IMG/VR virus record: IMGVR_UViG_3300022879_000179
Span: 1 to 49,757 of that record
Source of the DNA: a virus
Lineage: Duplodnaviria; Caudoviricetes
Reading direction: 5' to 3' (one strand)
DNA length: 49,757 nt
Shown piece after piece: positions 18,208 through 27,061 of this stretch (positions are counted from its first letter, which is position 1; each line of letters starts with the position of its first letter). The notes under the pieces are model-generated. The model was not told the DNA's origin. It worked only from the letters and a program-made list of their open reading frames with translations, and ran no database searches. A program made the position numbers and the translations under genes.

Positions 18208-19149
18208 TTAAATATCTTCGATTAAATCTTCTGCCCCAGGTTCTTTCTTTTTTAAAGCATTCCTTATATTATCCATAATCATTGTTCTATTAATGTTTGG
18301 TAATCCCCTCGTTGCATTTTCTGTAAGTTCTATGTGAGGAACTCCATTTACTAAGTGATTTCTGAAAATACCCGGATAAAGATTTGATAGATTAGTTATT
18401 TGAGAAGCTAAAGTATTTTTTAACTCATTTAGATTATCAAAATCTGTTTGGAGCTTGCCTATTTCTTCCTCAAGCTTTAGAATGCTATGGCTTGCTTGCA
18501 TACGTTCATAATCAAGTTCTTTGATAGTGGAGTTTAAGTCTATATTTAATTCAGACAATTTTTTGCGAGCACTCTCACTTTGTTCTAATGAATCTTTTTC
18601 TGAGCGAAGTTGGGCTTTCAAGCTACTTTCTTCTGCTTTGCTATCATTTAATTTGACTTGCAATTCTTTGACTTCTATCTCTAAAGATAGCACTAACTCA
18701 TGCAGTCTTTTATTATCGGCTTTAATTAATGAGATGCTTTCTTCTATATACCGTTCTTCCTTTTTATCAGCAAGTTTTTTTCTTGCTTCGATCTCTGCAA
18801 TTGATTGCTGAAGTTCTGCTACTCTAATTTTAGATGATAAAGTTAACTCAATTGTTTCCGAGTTGGGTTTATCTTGAATTTTAGTAATTGCTTTATTTAT
18901 TTGCGGTAACAAAAAAGCTATCAATGCAGAGGTGCAAAGTGGTGCTGATAAATAATTCCAAACATCAAAATTACTATTTATAAACTTCAATCTTTCTTCA
19001 ATACTATTCTTGCTGAAAAATAGAATGGCAAGCATTTGCCAGTTAAATCCAATCCATGAAAAGACAAAGGCCCCAAGAAAAGGGCTCTTTACCCTTTCTA
19101 GCGAGGTTTGACGAAAGGAGGCAAAAATATCCCGTAGAAAATCTAACAT
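18208..19149 (-). CDS. Membrane-anchored coiled-coil accessory protein
   Basis: Two N-terminal hydrophobic segments then a long heptad-rich region; AT-rich; AAGGA RBS; hairpin at about 18132-18168 downstream. Confidence 0.75.
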   Translation of the reverse strand: MLDFLRDIFASFRQTSLERVKSPFLGAFVFSWIGFNWQMLAILFFSKNSIEERLKFINSNFDVWNYLSAPLCTSALIAFLLPQINKAITKIQDKPNSETIELTLSSKIRVAELQQSIAEIEARKKLADKKEERYIEESISLIKADNKRLHELVLSLEIEVKELQVKLNDSKAEESSLKAQLRSEKDSLEQSESARKKLSELNIDLNSTIKELDYERMQASHSILKLEEEIGKLQTDFDNLNELKNTLASQITNLSNLYPGIFRNHLVNGVPHIELTENATRGLPNINRTMIMDNIRNALKKKEPGAEDLIEDI

Positions 19150-19330
19150 TATTAATTCCTTAGCGAGCGCGGTTGTAGTGGTCTTATCGGCAAAAGAACT
19201 TTTTTAAATAATACTATGCATAGGTGCATCGACAAAGTATTTTCATCATTAATGACATTAACAAGATTACCATGATAATATGAGTTCATAGGCCTGAACG
19301 CCCTATACCTGATGCGCCACGGAGAGAACC

Positions 19331-19933
19331 ATGGCGCTAGAATTACAACTTATCAAACACCACTCAGGAATACTGATCCCGGCTACGCCCGAGACCAGCG
19401 ATATCCTGCAATCTAAAACCCGGCTCGGCGATGTTCTTGTTGCCGAGTTCAGGCGTGTACGAAACCCGGCATTTCACCGGCGCTTTTTCGCGCTTCTCAA
19501 TCTCGGTTTTGAATACTGGGAACCAACCGGCGGGGCTATCTCTAGCAACGAGCGGAAGCTGATCACCGGCTACGCCAAGTTCCTGGCTTCTTATGGCGGT
19601 AATGAGGGGGCGCTGATTGATGCTGCTGAGCAGTACCTTGAGCAGGTTGCATACCGCCGGGTCACAAATGGCATTAGCCTTTGCAAATCCTTTGATGCTT
19701 ACCGCTCATGGGTAATCGTCGAGGCAGGGCACTTTGATGCCATTCAGCTGCCTGACGGAACACTCAAAAAGCATCCTCGAAGCATCTCGTTTGCCATCAT
19801 GGACGAACTCGAGTTTCAGCAGCTCTATAAAGCTGCGCTCAATGTTCTTTGGCGATGGGTCCTGTCCCGTTCATTCCGCAGTCGCGATGAGGCCGAAAAT
19901 GTGGCCGCGCAGTTGCTTGGCTTTGCGGGGTGA
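19331..19933 (+). CDS. DUF1367-family nin-region protein
   Basis: RNPAFHRRFFALLNLGFEYWEP, KSFDAYR, SISFA. Confidence 0.75.
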   Translation: MALELQLIKHHSGILIPATPETSDILQSKTRLGDVLVAEFRRVRNPAFHRRFFALLNLGFEYWEPTGGAISSNERKLITGYAKFLASYGGNEGALIDAAEQYLEQVAYRRVTNGISLCKSFDAYRSWVIVEAGHFDAIQLPDGTLKKHPRSISFAIMDELEFQQLYKAALNVLWRWVLSRSFRSRDEAENVAAQLLGFAG

Positions 19934-20139
19934 TGGACATGAAATATACCTGGTTCCATCATACCGATTGCAAAACCCAGCAGGCCGAACAACTCATGGC
20001 GGAATACCAGCGCCGCGGCGTGAAGGTAGAGCGCACCCTGAACTCCGATTATCTCACCTGGACCGTCAGCGCGAAATTACCAGAGTACAAATGTCCCCCA
20101 CGAACCCCGAGAACTCTACGCCAAAAGGTCTGGGGGTAA
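19933..20139 (+). CDS. Small nin-region protein
   Basis: Translationally coupled to neighbours. Confidence 0.6.
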   Translation: MDMKYTWFHHTDCKTQQAEQLMAEYQRRGVKVERTLNSDYLTWTVSAKLPEYKCPPRTPRTLRQKVWG

Positions 20140-20141
20140 TC

Positions 20142-20423
20142 ATGGCTATTTATCGAAGCAAAAAGTGGTTAGCCGCCGTTGGTCAGATTGAACGGTGTGT
20201 TCTTTGCGGCGCGTGGGGATCGCAGGTTGCTCACCGTAATGAGGAAAAAGGCATGGGTTTAAAAACAGATGACTGTGCGACAGCTGCACTCTGCGCTTGC
20301 TGCCATGACAGTATCGATAACGGGAAGGATCTCACCCGGGACGAACGCCGACAGCTGATGGACCGCGCGATTGTTCTGACAGTGATTGAAGTTGCCCGCC
20401 GCGGGCTGGTGGTGCCCGCATGA
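20142..20423 (+). CDS. Zinc/HNH-like nin-region protein (DUF1364/DUF968-like)
   Basis: YRSKKWLAAV, CVLCG, AH, LCACCHD. Confidence 0.65.
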   Translation: MAIYRSKKWLAAVGQIERCVLCGAWGSQVAHRNEEKGMGLKTDDCATAALCACCHDSIDNGKDLTRDERRQLMDRAIVLTVIEVARRGLVVPA

Positions 20424-20776
20424 AAATCTACGATATTACGCCGATTGGCAAACCCCGAATGACTCAGCGAGACCGCTGGCACAAACGCCCAGCCACAGCT
20501 GCATATTGGGCTTACAAAGAACAGGTCAGGTTGCTGGGCGTCCGTCTGCCGGAGTCTGGATATCACGTCACGTTCGTGATCCCCATGCCAAAGAGCTGGA
20601 GCAAGACAAAGCGGGCGCAATATGTCGGCCAGCCTCATCAACAAAAGCCGGACAAAGACAACCTGGAAAAAGCTTTGCTGGATGCAGTGTTTGACGAGGA
20701 TAGCCATGTTTGGGACGGACGGGTTACCAAAATCTGGGGAGAAACAGGGCAAATCATTATCGAGGAGGCCAGATGA
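20420..20776 (+). CDS. rusA: RusA Holliday junction resolvase
   Basis: KPDKDNLEKALLDAVFDEDSHV motif. Confidence 0.85.
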   Translation: MKIYDITPIGKPRMTQRDRWHKRPATAAYWAYKEQVRLLGVRLPESGYHVTFVIPMPKSWSKTKRAQYVGQPHQQKPDKDNLEKALLDAVFDEDSHVWDGRVTKIWGETGQIIIEEAR

Positions 20777-20910
20777 AGCCAGAAACGCTTGAGATACTAC
20801 GCGCGCGCTGGCAGCGCCTTCGTATTTACCGCTACCGGGGATCGGTGCTGGTGGATTACCGCATTCTTCGTAATTTTGTTCGTATCTATCATTCAGCAGG
20901 AGCAGCCTAA
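20773..20910 (+). CDS. YlcG-like small protein
   Basis: MKPETLEILRARWQRLRIYRYRGSVLVDYRILRNF between rusA and Q; GGAGG RBS. Confidence 0.6.
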   Translation: MKPETLEILRARWQRLRIYRYRGSVLVDYRILRNFVRIYHSAGAA

Positions 20911-21743
20911 TGAACCTCGAAAACACCGTGAAATACCACTTCGCCAAGTCGACGCTTATTAGCGACTCTCCGCGCGCCACAGGTTCAGATTCGCTGACCG
21001 GGACGGATATCATGGCCGCTATGGGCATGACGCAGGAACGGGCAGCCTTGGGTTACAGCGCCTTTCTCGGGAAGATGGGCATCAGCAACAATGACCGGGA
21101 GAGGGCGATCGAACTGCTGGCTCAGTACGCGCTGACCCGGTGCGATCGGGTGGCGGTATTACGGAAGCTTGACGCAGAGATTAAACCACTGGTAATGCAT
21201 CAGTTGGCCAGCTTCGCGTTCGAGGACTATTCCCGTAGCGCCGCCAGCGTGAAGCAATGCGATGGCTGCAAAGGGGCAGGGTTTATTGACTCTGAGGTTT
21301 TCAGCATGAAGTCCCACACGCCGGCAAAAGAGAAGAAGTTCGCGAATATGTCTTTGCACATGGGTGTCGAAAATATTCGCCCTTCCGAGTATGAGGTACG
21401 GAGGCAGGTCAGGGAGGTAGCGCGCGTTCACTGCCCTCAGTGTAAGGGTAAGAAGGTAGTTAGTTGTGCCTGTAGAGATTGCCATGGACGCGGGAAAGCC
21501 GTTAATCAGGCTCTTACAGAACAGCAGGGCGTTCCGGTTCTGGCAGACTGTAAGCGCTGCAGTGGTCGTGGGTATGAGCGTATCCCGTCAACTGAGGCTT
21601 ACGCTGCGGTGTGTCAGATAACGGATGCAATAAGCCTCGATACCTGGAAGAAGTCAGTTAAGCCATTTTACGATCAGCTAATCACCAAGTTTGATATCGA
21701 AGAGGCTTGGGCTGATGCGCAACTCAAGCAGATAACAAAATAG
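20910..21743 (+). CDS. Q: Late antiterminator Q (lambda type, extra CxxCxGxG repeats)
   Basis: SDSPRATGSDSLTGTDIMAAMGM, CRDCHGRG, CKRCSGRGY. Confidence 0.88.
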   Translation: MNLENTVKYHFAKSTLISDSPRATGSDSLTGTDIMAAMGMTQERAALGYSAFLGKMGISNNDRERAIELLAQYALTRCDRVAVLRKLDAEIKPLVMHQLASFAFEDYSRSAASVKQCDGCKGAGFIDSEVFSMKSHTPAKEKKFANMSLHMGVENIRPSEYEVRRQVREVARVHCPQCKGKKVVSCACRDCHGRGKAVNQALTEQQGVPVLADCKRCSGRGYERIPSTEAYAAVCQITDAISLDTWKKSVKPFYDQLITKFDIEEAWADAQLKQITK

Positions 21744-21765
21744 GGCGTGAATTTATCGTGAGCTA

Positions 21766-21855
21766 TTTACTTTTCCCGAATCTGTGGTAATTTTGCTCTA
21801 ACGATGGGTTATTGCCTTCGTTTAAAGCCCTGCGGTTAACCCCGTGGGGCTTTTT
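21766..21855 (+). promoter_or_regulatory. Late promoter pR' and terminator tR'
   Basis: TTTACT-N17-TAATTT after Q, then aaagccctgcgg-ttaacc-ccgtggggcttttt. Confidence 0.6.
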
Positions 21856-21936
21856 GCTTAATAGCGATTTAAGAATTTCTAAAACCATCACTATTCATTG
21901 CCTCTTATACTTTCTATATCGGAGAGGGGAGGAATA

Positions 21937-22128
21937 ATGAGAGAAGGCTATTACTGGATTCAGTACAATGGTAGCAGGCAGATCGCTTACTACGTGCACG
22001 AAAAAATCGACGATTTAGAGTCGGGTGAAACTATTTACGGCGCATGGTATGTGACTCGTGGAGATGATCTCGCCAACAATGGAGAGGTCGAAGTGCTAAG
22101 CGAACGTATTGAAGAGCCAAAGCTGTAA
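21937..22128 (+). CDS. Small hypothetical protein
   Basis: 63 aa MREGYYWIQY...; GGAGG RBS; hairpin at 22147-22172. Confidence 0.65.
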   Translation: MREGYYWIQYNGSRQIAYYVHEKIDDLESGETIYGAWYVTRGDDLANNGEVEVLSERIEEPKL

Positions 22129-22170
22129 CAGGATAAAAATTAAGTGAAGCCTCGTTACTGTGCGAGGCTT

Positions 22171-22464
22171 TTAGTATCCATGGAAGAAGTAGCGAATCTT
22201 TAATCCTATAAACTTCAACACTGGCCAGACATAATGCTGGATTAAATATAGGACAGGTGGAACAATCAATGTCGCACCAGTTGCGCAGAGTGCGTATATC
22301 GCCGAGTCCTTTGCGATTAATGAGTAATTTAGGTTAAGTGTTTCAAGATTAATTGCATTGGCTGTACTCGAACCTACAAATCCAGAGCCAAAAACAACCA
22401 GAAACACATAAAGTGATGCTGTTATGAGCTTTAAAATTAGCCGAATGTATTTCACGATGGACAC
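22171..22464 (-). CDS. Small 2-TM membrane protein (moron)
   Basis: 97 aa with two hydrophobic segments; AT-rich. Confidence 0.5.
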   Translation of the reverse strand: MSIVKYIRLILKLITASLYVFLVVFGSGFVGSSTANAINLETLNLNYSLIAKDSAIYALCATGATLIVPPVLYLIQHYVWPVLKFIGLKIRYFFHGY

Positions 22465-22695
22465 CTGCTGATTGATGTCATCTTTTTACACAAATATCAT
22501 CTGTTTAGCTAGGTTATAGGTCGCTTGGTTCTAAATAATACCCTGCTCATTGCCTGACCCTCACATTGCCAGCCTGTCGCTGGCTTTTTCATTTCAGGCT
22601 CCTAGAACCATCATCGACACGCCTTCTTGTTAATCGTCCCGACGGACTTACCCTTTTCAAACACACAGCACCCGCTAACTACGCGAGGTGAGAGC

Positions 22696-22911
22696 ATGTA
22701 TCGCATGGACAAATTAACTACTGGTATCTCCTATGGCGCATCGGGGGGTAGTGCCATTTACTGGTTCAGAAGACTTCTTGACGGTTACTCACCCGAACAA
22801 TGGGCCGCTATAGGTGTGATCGGTAGTTTACTGTTTGGCTTACTCACCTTTCTTACCAACCTCTATTTCCAAATCAAAGCGGATCGCCGCAAAGCTGCCC
22901 GGGGTGAATGA
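22696..22911 (+). CDS. Class II pinholin (phage 21 S-like), dual start
   Basis: [43 protein letters not shown]. Confidence 0.9.
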   Translation: MYRMDKLTTGISYGASGGSAIYWFRRLLDGYSPEQWAAIGVIGSLLFGLLTFLTNLYFQIKADRRKAARGE

Positions 22912-23447
22912 TGTCGAATAAAGCAAAGCTCAGTGCAGCAGTGCTGACACTAATCGCGTCAGGTGCATCTGCACCACTCATTTTCGACCAATTCATCAGC
23001 GAGAAAGAAGGCAATGCGCTGGTGGCCGTTGTTGATCCGGGTGGGGTCTGGTCTTTATGTCACGGCGTGACCGTTATCGATGGCAGGCGTGTTGTTAAAG
23101 GCATGACGGCCACTGAGGAGCAATGCCGGAAGGTTAACGCTATTGAACGCGATAAGGCATTAGCTTGGGTTGATCGCAATATCAAAGTGCCTCTGACAGA
23201 ACCACAGAAGGTGGGTATCGCATCCTTCTGCCCGTATAACATCGGCCCCGGTAAATGCTTCCCGTCCACGTTCTATAAGCGCATCAATGCCGGTGACCGC
23301 CATGGGGCATGCGAGGCAATTCGCTGGTGGATTAGAGACGGTGGCCGCGACTGCCGCCTGACTAAAGGCCAGAAGAACGGCTGCTACGGTCAGGTAGAAC
23401 GGCGAGACCAGGAAAGCGCGCTGGCGTGCTGGGGGATAGACCAGTGA
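22908..23447 (+). CDS. SAR endolysin (GH24 lysozyme)
   Basis: N-terminal Ala/Gly-rich hydrophobic segment, EKEG...[18 protein letters not shown]. Confidence 0.9.
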   Translation: MMSNKAKLSAAVLTLIASGASAPLIFDQFISEKEGNALVAVVDPGGVWSLCHGVTVIDGRRVVKGMTATEEQCRKVNAIERDKALAWVDRNIKVPLTEPQKVGIASFCPYNIGPGKCFPSTFYKRINAGDRHGACEAIRWWIRDGGRDCRLTKGQKNGCYGQVERRDQESALACWGIDQ

Positions 23448-23962
23448 AATTTAATCTTTTACCAATCGCGGTTGTGGTTATTGCTGGTCTGTCAGTCGCT
23501 CTCGTTAAGAGCTGCTCAGACACCAGTAGCCTTCAGAGCGATAACGACGTTCTGCGGAGTGACAACTCTTTGCAGGGGCAGGTGATCGCTACCCAAGCCT
23601 TCAACTTCAATCGATTCAATCAGGTTTCGGAGCATGCCAATAGGCTTAACTCCCTTATCGACACCAGAACCGAAGAAACCGTAATCGAATACCGGGAGAT
23701 TCTCCGCCGTGAAAAAACCTGTGATCTTCCTGTTCCTGCTGACATTGCTGGTGGGCTGCTCGAATACGCGTACCGTTTACGTTCCAGCGCAATGCACGCC
23801 GATACCCACGGATCTGACGCAGCCGATGATGGTACCGCTGCCTCCAGCTCAATAACATACTGCCAGGCAGTGCTCTGGATTAAGCCTCTGCTGGCCGTGA
23901 TTGAGAAGGGGAACAATAATCTGGCTGGTATAAGACAGATAGAGCTGGAAAGGAAAAACTAG
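23444..23962 (+). CDS. Rz-like i-spanin with extended C-terminus
   Basis: N-terminal TM and periplasmic helices; GTG overlapping the endolysin stop. Confidence 0.75.
   Translation: MKFNLLPIAVVVIAGLSVALVKSCSDTSSLQSDNDVLRSDNSLQGQVIATQAFNFNRFNQVSEHANRLNSLIDTRTEETVIEYREILRREKTCDLPVPADIAGGLLEYAYRLRSSAMHADTHGSDAADDGTAASSSITYCQAVLWIKPLLAVIEKGNNNLAGIRQIELERKN
23709..23855 (+). CDS. Embedded Rz1-like o-spanin lipoprotein (48 aa, not in ORF track)
   Basis: VKKPVIFLFLLTLLVGC/SNTRTVYVPAQCTPIPTDLTQPMMVPLPPAQ; lipobox LVGC; +1 frame in Rz. Confidence 0.7.
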   Translation: MKKPVIFLFLLTLLVGCSNTRTVYVPAQCTPIPTDLTQPMMVPLPPAQ

Positions 23963-24397
23963 GGATGGCTCGTCCTTGAGCACACGGGTATTTCTGAACG
24001 ACGGCTTTACCTGACATAGCAAAGCACCTTTAAATTCTAGAAAAGACTCAATATTTAACAAGCGAACCGCATCAATCCCAAAAAAAAGCCCCCACAAGGA
24101 GGGCTAGGGGAGTCTCAGTTTCACATGCTCTTCTTATGGATGTTTCCCTGGAGTTGGCATTCTCCTCATCAGAGTCATGAATAGCCTGGCCGCAACCAAG
24201 AGATCAACAAGCGCAAGCGGTTGTAATAGGAATAGCCTCAGGCTGTTGGTGAAAATTATTTTCTCGAATAGTAGATGACTATTGGTATATCCCCATAAAA
24301 AATAACCAAATATTTGACGCGGTTAATTGAGTTTTCGAACTGATGATTTACTGCGTTGAGCTATACTCTTGGTTGGGTAAAAGAATGGGAGCGTGTT

Positions 24398-24595
24398 ATG
24401 AATATTCATCTACGTAGTACCAAAGCAGGTAAAGTCATGACTCAGGAGGAATGGCTACACTCGTTAAATGAATGGGAAGATGAAGGAGGCGCTCCTGGTC
24501 ATGCTGATGAATTCATAGAAGTTTATAAGAATGATGAAGAAAATGAGGAAACTGTTCCACTTTCTGGTGGTAAAGCTCGGCATATGAAGTCTTAA
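24398..24595 (+). CDS. Small acidic protein
   Basis: 65 aa with EWEDEGGA; GGAG RBS. Confidence 0.5.
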   Translation: MNIHLRSTKAGKVMTQEEWLHSLNEWEDEGGAPGHADEFIEVYKNDEENEETVPLSGGKARHMKS

Positions 24596-24865
24596 GAAAA
24601 AACATAACTATGGTGGTTCTTTCTTAGGACCAATTGAATGCTGTTTAGTTTAGGAGATGCAAAATTTTAGGGTGCGGCCAATATTTTTCCTCCCTGAGTG
24701 GATGCTCTATTTGTAATTTATTTGTAAGTATATCATTTAATATGCCCGGTATTTAATGACATGGGGTCGAGATATTTTTAGTAACATCAAATGTGTGATT
24801 TATTTTCTATATTGCTACTATAATAAACATACAGCAATTTGCTGTCATTATCACTGGAGTTACCC

Positions 24866-24991
24866 ATGAAAGCTAAACATATGAACATCTCTAATGAGCG
24901 GTCCCAGGACAGGAATAATGGGAAAGAAAAAGGGAAAGATCGAAACAATGATGAACAGGATAAAAAATCGGCCAAAAGAGATCAGAAATAA
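24866..24991 (+). CDS. 41-aa highly charged peptide (not in ORF track)
   Basis: MKAKHMNISNERSQDRNNGKEKGKDRNNDEQDKKSAKRDQK; GGAG RBS. Confidence 0.5.
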   Translation: MKAKHMNISNERSQDRNNGKEKGKDRNNDEQDKKSAKRDQK

Positions 24992-25019
24992 AAAGTACAT
25001 GAATTATTAAGGAGTATAT

Positions 25020-25157
25020 ATGTCCGGACGTCCTGATTTTGATGATCCTGCCCCTGATTTAGAACCTTCCCCTCAAGAGGAACCGCTTGACCTTCCTGGA
25101 GAGGGACAACCATCAAGTCCACTTGAACCCGATGATAAAAGAGATTTACAGAATTAG
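25020..25157 (+). CDS. 45-aa Pro/Asp/Glu-rich peptide (not in ORF track)
   Basis: MSGRPDFDDPAPDLEPSPQEEPLDLPGEGQPSSPLEPDDKRDLQN; AAGGAG RBS; hairpin aaaccgcc-taag-ggcggttt follows. Confidence 0.55.
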   Translation: MSGRPDFDDPAPDLEPSPQEEPLDLPGEGQPSSPLEPDDKRDLQN

Positions 25158-25285
25158 CATACAATAATTAAACCGCCTAAGGGCGGTTTAATATGATGAT
25201 TATTTATTGGTCATCTCAGCGCCTAGTTGAATGAATAAATACGTATTTTAAGAAGGGTTTTGACGTTTGGGTTGAATGCTTATTA

Positions 25286-25534
25286 TTATCTACGCCCCAA
25301 TAAAAAACCTAATGCAAAAGCTACACTGGTTAATATGGCAATGCATGTTCGAGGGTTTGATTTTATTTTTGATTTTATATCGTCAGAGTGGCCGCGTATG
25401 GCATCATTGGTTTGTGCTGCGTATTTTTTTGCGGTTTCTATTACAGGATGTTCTGATGGATTAATTGCTCCCCCAAAACTGCCTTCCATATCACCAAGTT
25501 TCTCTTGGTTTTTATCTGCGGATTTAGTGAACAT
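25286..25534 (-). CDS. ElaB/YqjD (DUF883)-like tail-anchored stress protein
   Basis: C-terminal IKSNPRTCIAILTSVAFALGFLLGRR; AGGAG RBS. Confidence 0.7.
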   Translation of the reverse strand: MFTKSADKNQEKLGDMEGSFGGAINPSEHPVIETAKKYAAQTNDAIRGHSDDIKSKIKSNPRTCIAILTSVAFALGFLLGRR

Positions 25535-25807
25535 ATATACTCCTGGGATTGTGTGGTGTATTAATCATAGCAGAAAATAAATATTTTACTGTAAAGGTGT
25601 GCAAGTAACACCTTTATAGACTTTACCATGTCTTAAATAGTGTTTTTTTAGTTCCTTTTGTTATATGATATTTTAGTGGGTATATACATATAGGGGAGTG
25701 GCGCATATTTGCCATAATGTCATGAATCATCTATACATAAGTATCTGATTCGCTCATTAACGATTTGTGTTTGATTGAGTGTTAATGAGTTATTTATAGG
25801 AGGTAAA

Positions 25808-25981
25808 ATGAATTCTGATAACATCAAGAATGAAATCGAAAAAGAGATTTCGTCTTTCATCTCAAAAAAAATGGTTGAGTTGAGAAAAAAAACAGGGAAG
25901 GAAGTCTCTGATGTTGAGTTTATTCCTATAGAAACTATGTCTGGCCTCCAGGGTTATAGTATCAAAATCAAGCTTATTTAA
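25808..25981 (+). CDS. GnsA/GnsB-family protein
   Basis: EKEISSFISKKMVELRKKTGKEVSDVEF..ETMSGLQGYSIKIKLI. Confidence 0.8.
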   Translation: MNSDNIKNEIEKEISSFISKKMVELRKKTGKEVSDVEFIPIETMSGLQGYSIKIKLI

Positions 25982-26059
25982 GGTTTGCAGTAAGTACTCG
26001 GCACCACAACAATCCTAAGTCACTGGCATTGGCTGGTGGCTTTTTTATTGGAGTAAACA

Positions 26060-27061
26060 ATGGCAAAACCGGACTGGGGCGAGCTTCAGCAACGGTTCCT
26101 GTCCGACCATGCCGCAACCGGCGTATCACCAAAGGAATGGTGTAAAGCGCAGGGACTGAATTACGCTACTGCCCGCCGATACATCAAGAAACCCTTTGCG
26201 CAAATTGCGCAAAAATCTGCGCAGCAAAAATTGCGTGCTGCGCAGAAGGATAAAAGCGCCGATGAGCTGGTGGATGATGATGGGTTAACGACACAGCAAA
26301 GACGCTTTGTCGCAGAATACCTGAAGGATGGCAATGCCACACAGGCAGCTATCCGGGCTGGCTACAGCAAAAAATCAGCTGAACAAATCGGCTATCAACT
26401 CCTTCAGAAAACTTCAGTTGCGCAAGCCATTGCGCAGCAGCAGAAGGCATCTATTGCGCGTACGCTTGGCAGTGCCGATGAAGTCCTCGCGCAGATGTGG
26501 CAGCTCGCCACTTTCGATGCAAATCAGCTTTCACAGTATCGTCGCGGCGCGTGTCGTTACTGCTGGGGCTTCGGTCACCACTACCAGTGGCGCGATATAG
26601 TTGAGTTCGAAGAAGAGACGGCAAAGGCCGAGGGCAGAGACGGTGCACGACTGCCGGAAGACACTGGCGGTTACGGTTACGACCACAACAAAGAGCCAAA
26701 CCCACAATGCCCACGCTGCAACGGTGACGGCATAGGACAGCCTTACTTCCCCGATACACGCAAACTCCCCGCGGTTTCCCGGCTCGCTTATTCAGGTGTG
26801 AAGGTCGGCAAGAATGGCGTTGAAATCACTGCTATCAGCCGTGAGCGCATGTTCGAAGCGGTAATGAAGCGTCTTGGCCTGGCTGATAGCGAGTTCGCGC
26901 AGCGCCTGCAGCAGATTGAAATCGAACGCCGGCAACTGGAGGTGGAAAAACTCCGCAAGGAGTTGGCGGGTGATGGTGAAGACGACGAACCAATGCCAGT
27001 GCAGATCAATATCAACGTAGTGGATGCGAGGGCAGACGATGGGGATCAGCCCGACACTTAA
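26060..27061 (+). CDS. terS: Terminase small subunit
   Basis: LTTQQRRFVAEYLKDGNATQAAIRAGYS; upstream of TerL. Confidence 0.85.
   Translation: MAKPDWGELQQRFLSDHAATGVSPKEWCKAQGLNYATARRYIKKPFAQIAQKSAQQKLRAAQKDKSADELVDDDGLTTQQRRFVAEYLKDGNATQAAIRAGYSKKSAEQIGYQLLQKTSVAQAIAQQQKASIARTLGSADEVLAQMWQLATFDANQLSQYRRGACRYCWGFGHHYQWRDIVEFEEETAKAEGRDGARLPEDTGGYGYDHNKEPNPQCPRCNGDGIGQPYFPDTRKLPAVSRLAYSGVKVGKNGVEITAISRERMFEAVMKRLGLADSEFAQRLQQIEIERRQLEVEKLRKELAGDGEDDEPMPVQININVVDARADDGDQPDT

Noticed and set aside
19734-20141. N-terminal extension of the 229-aa ORF
   Set aside because: Overlaps two better genes; the real start is ATG 20142.
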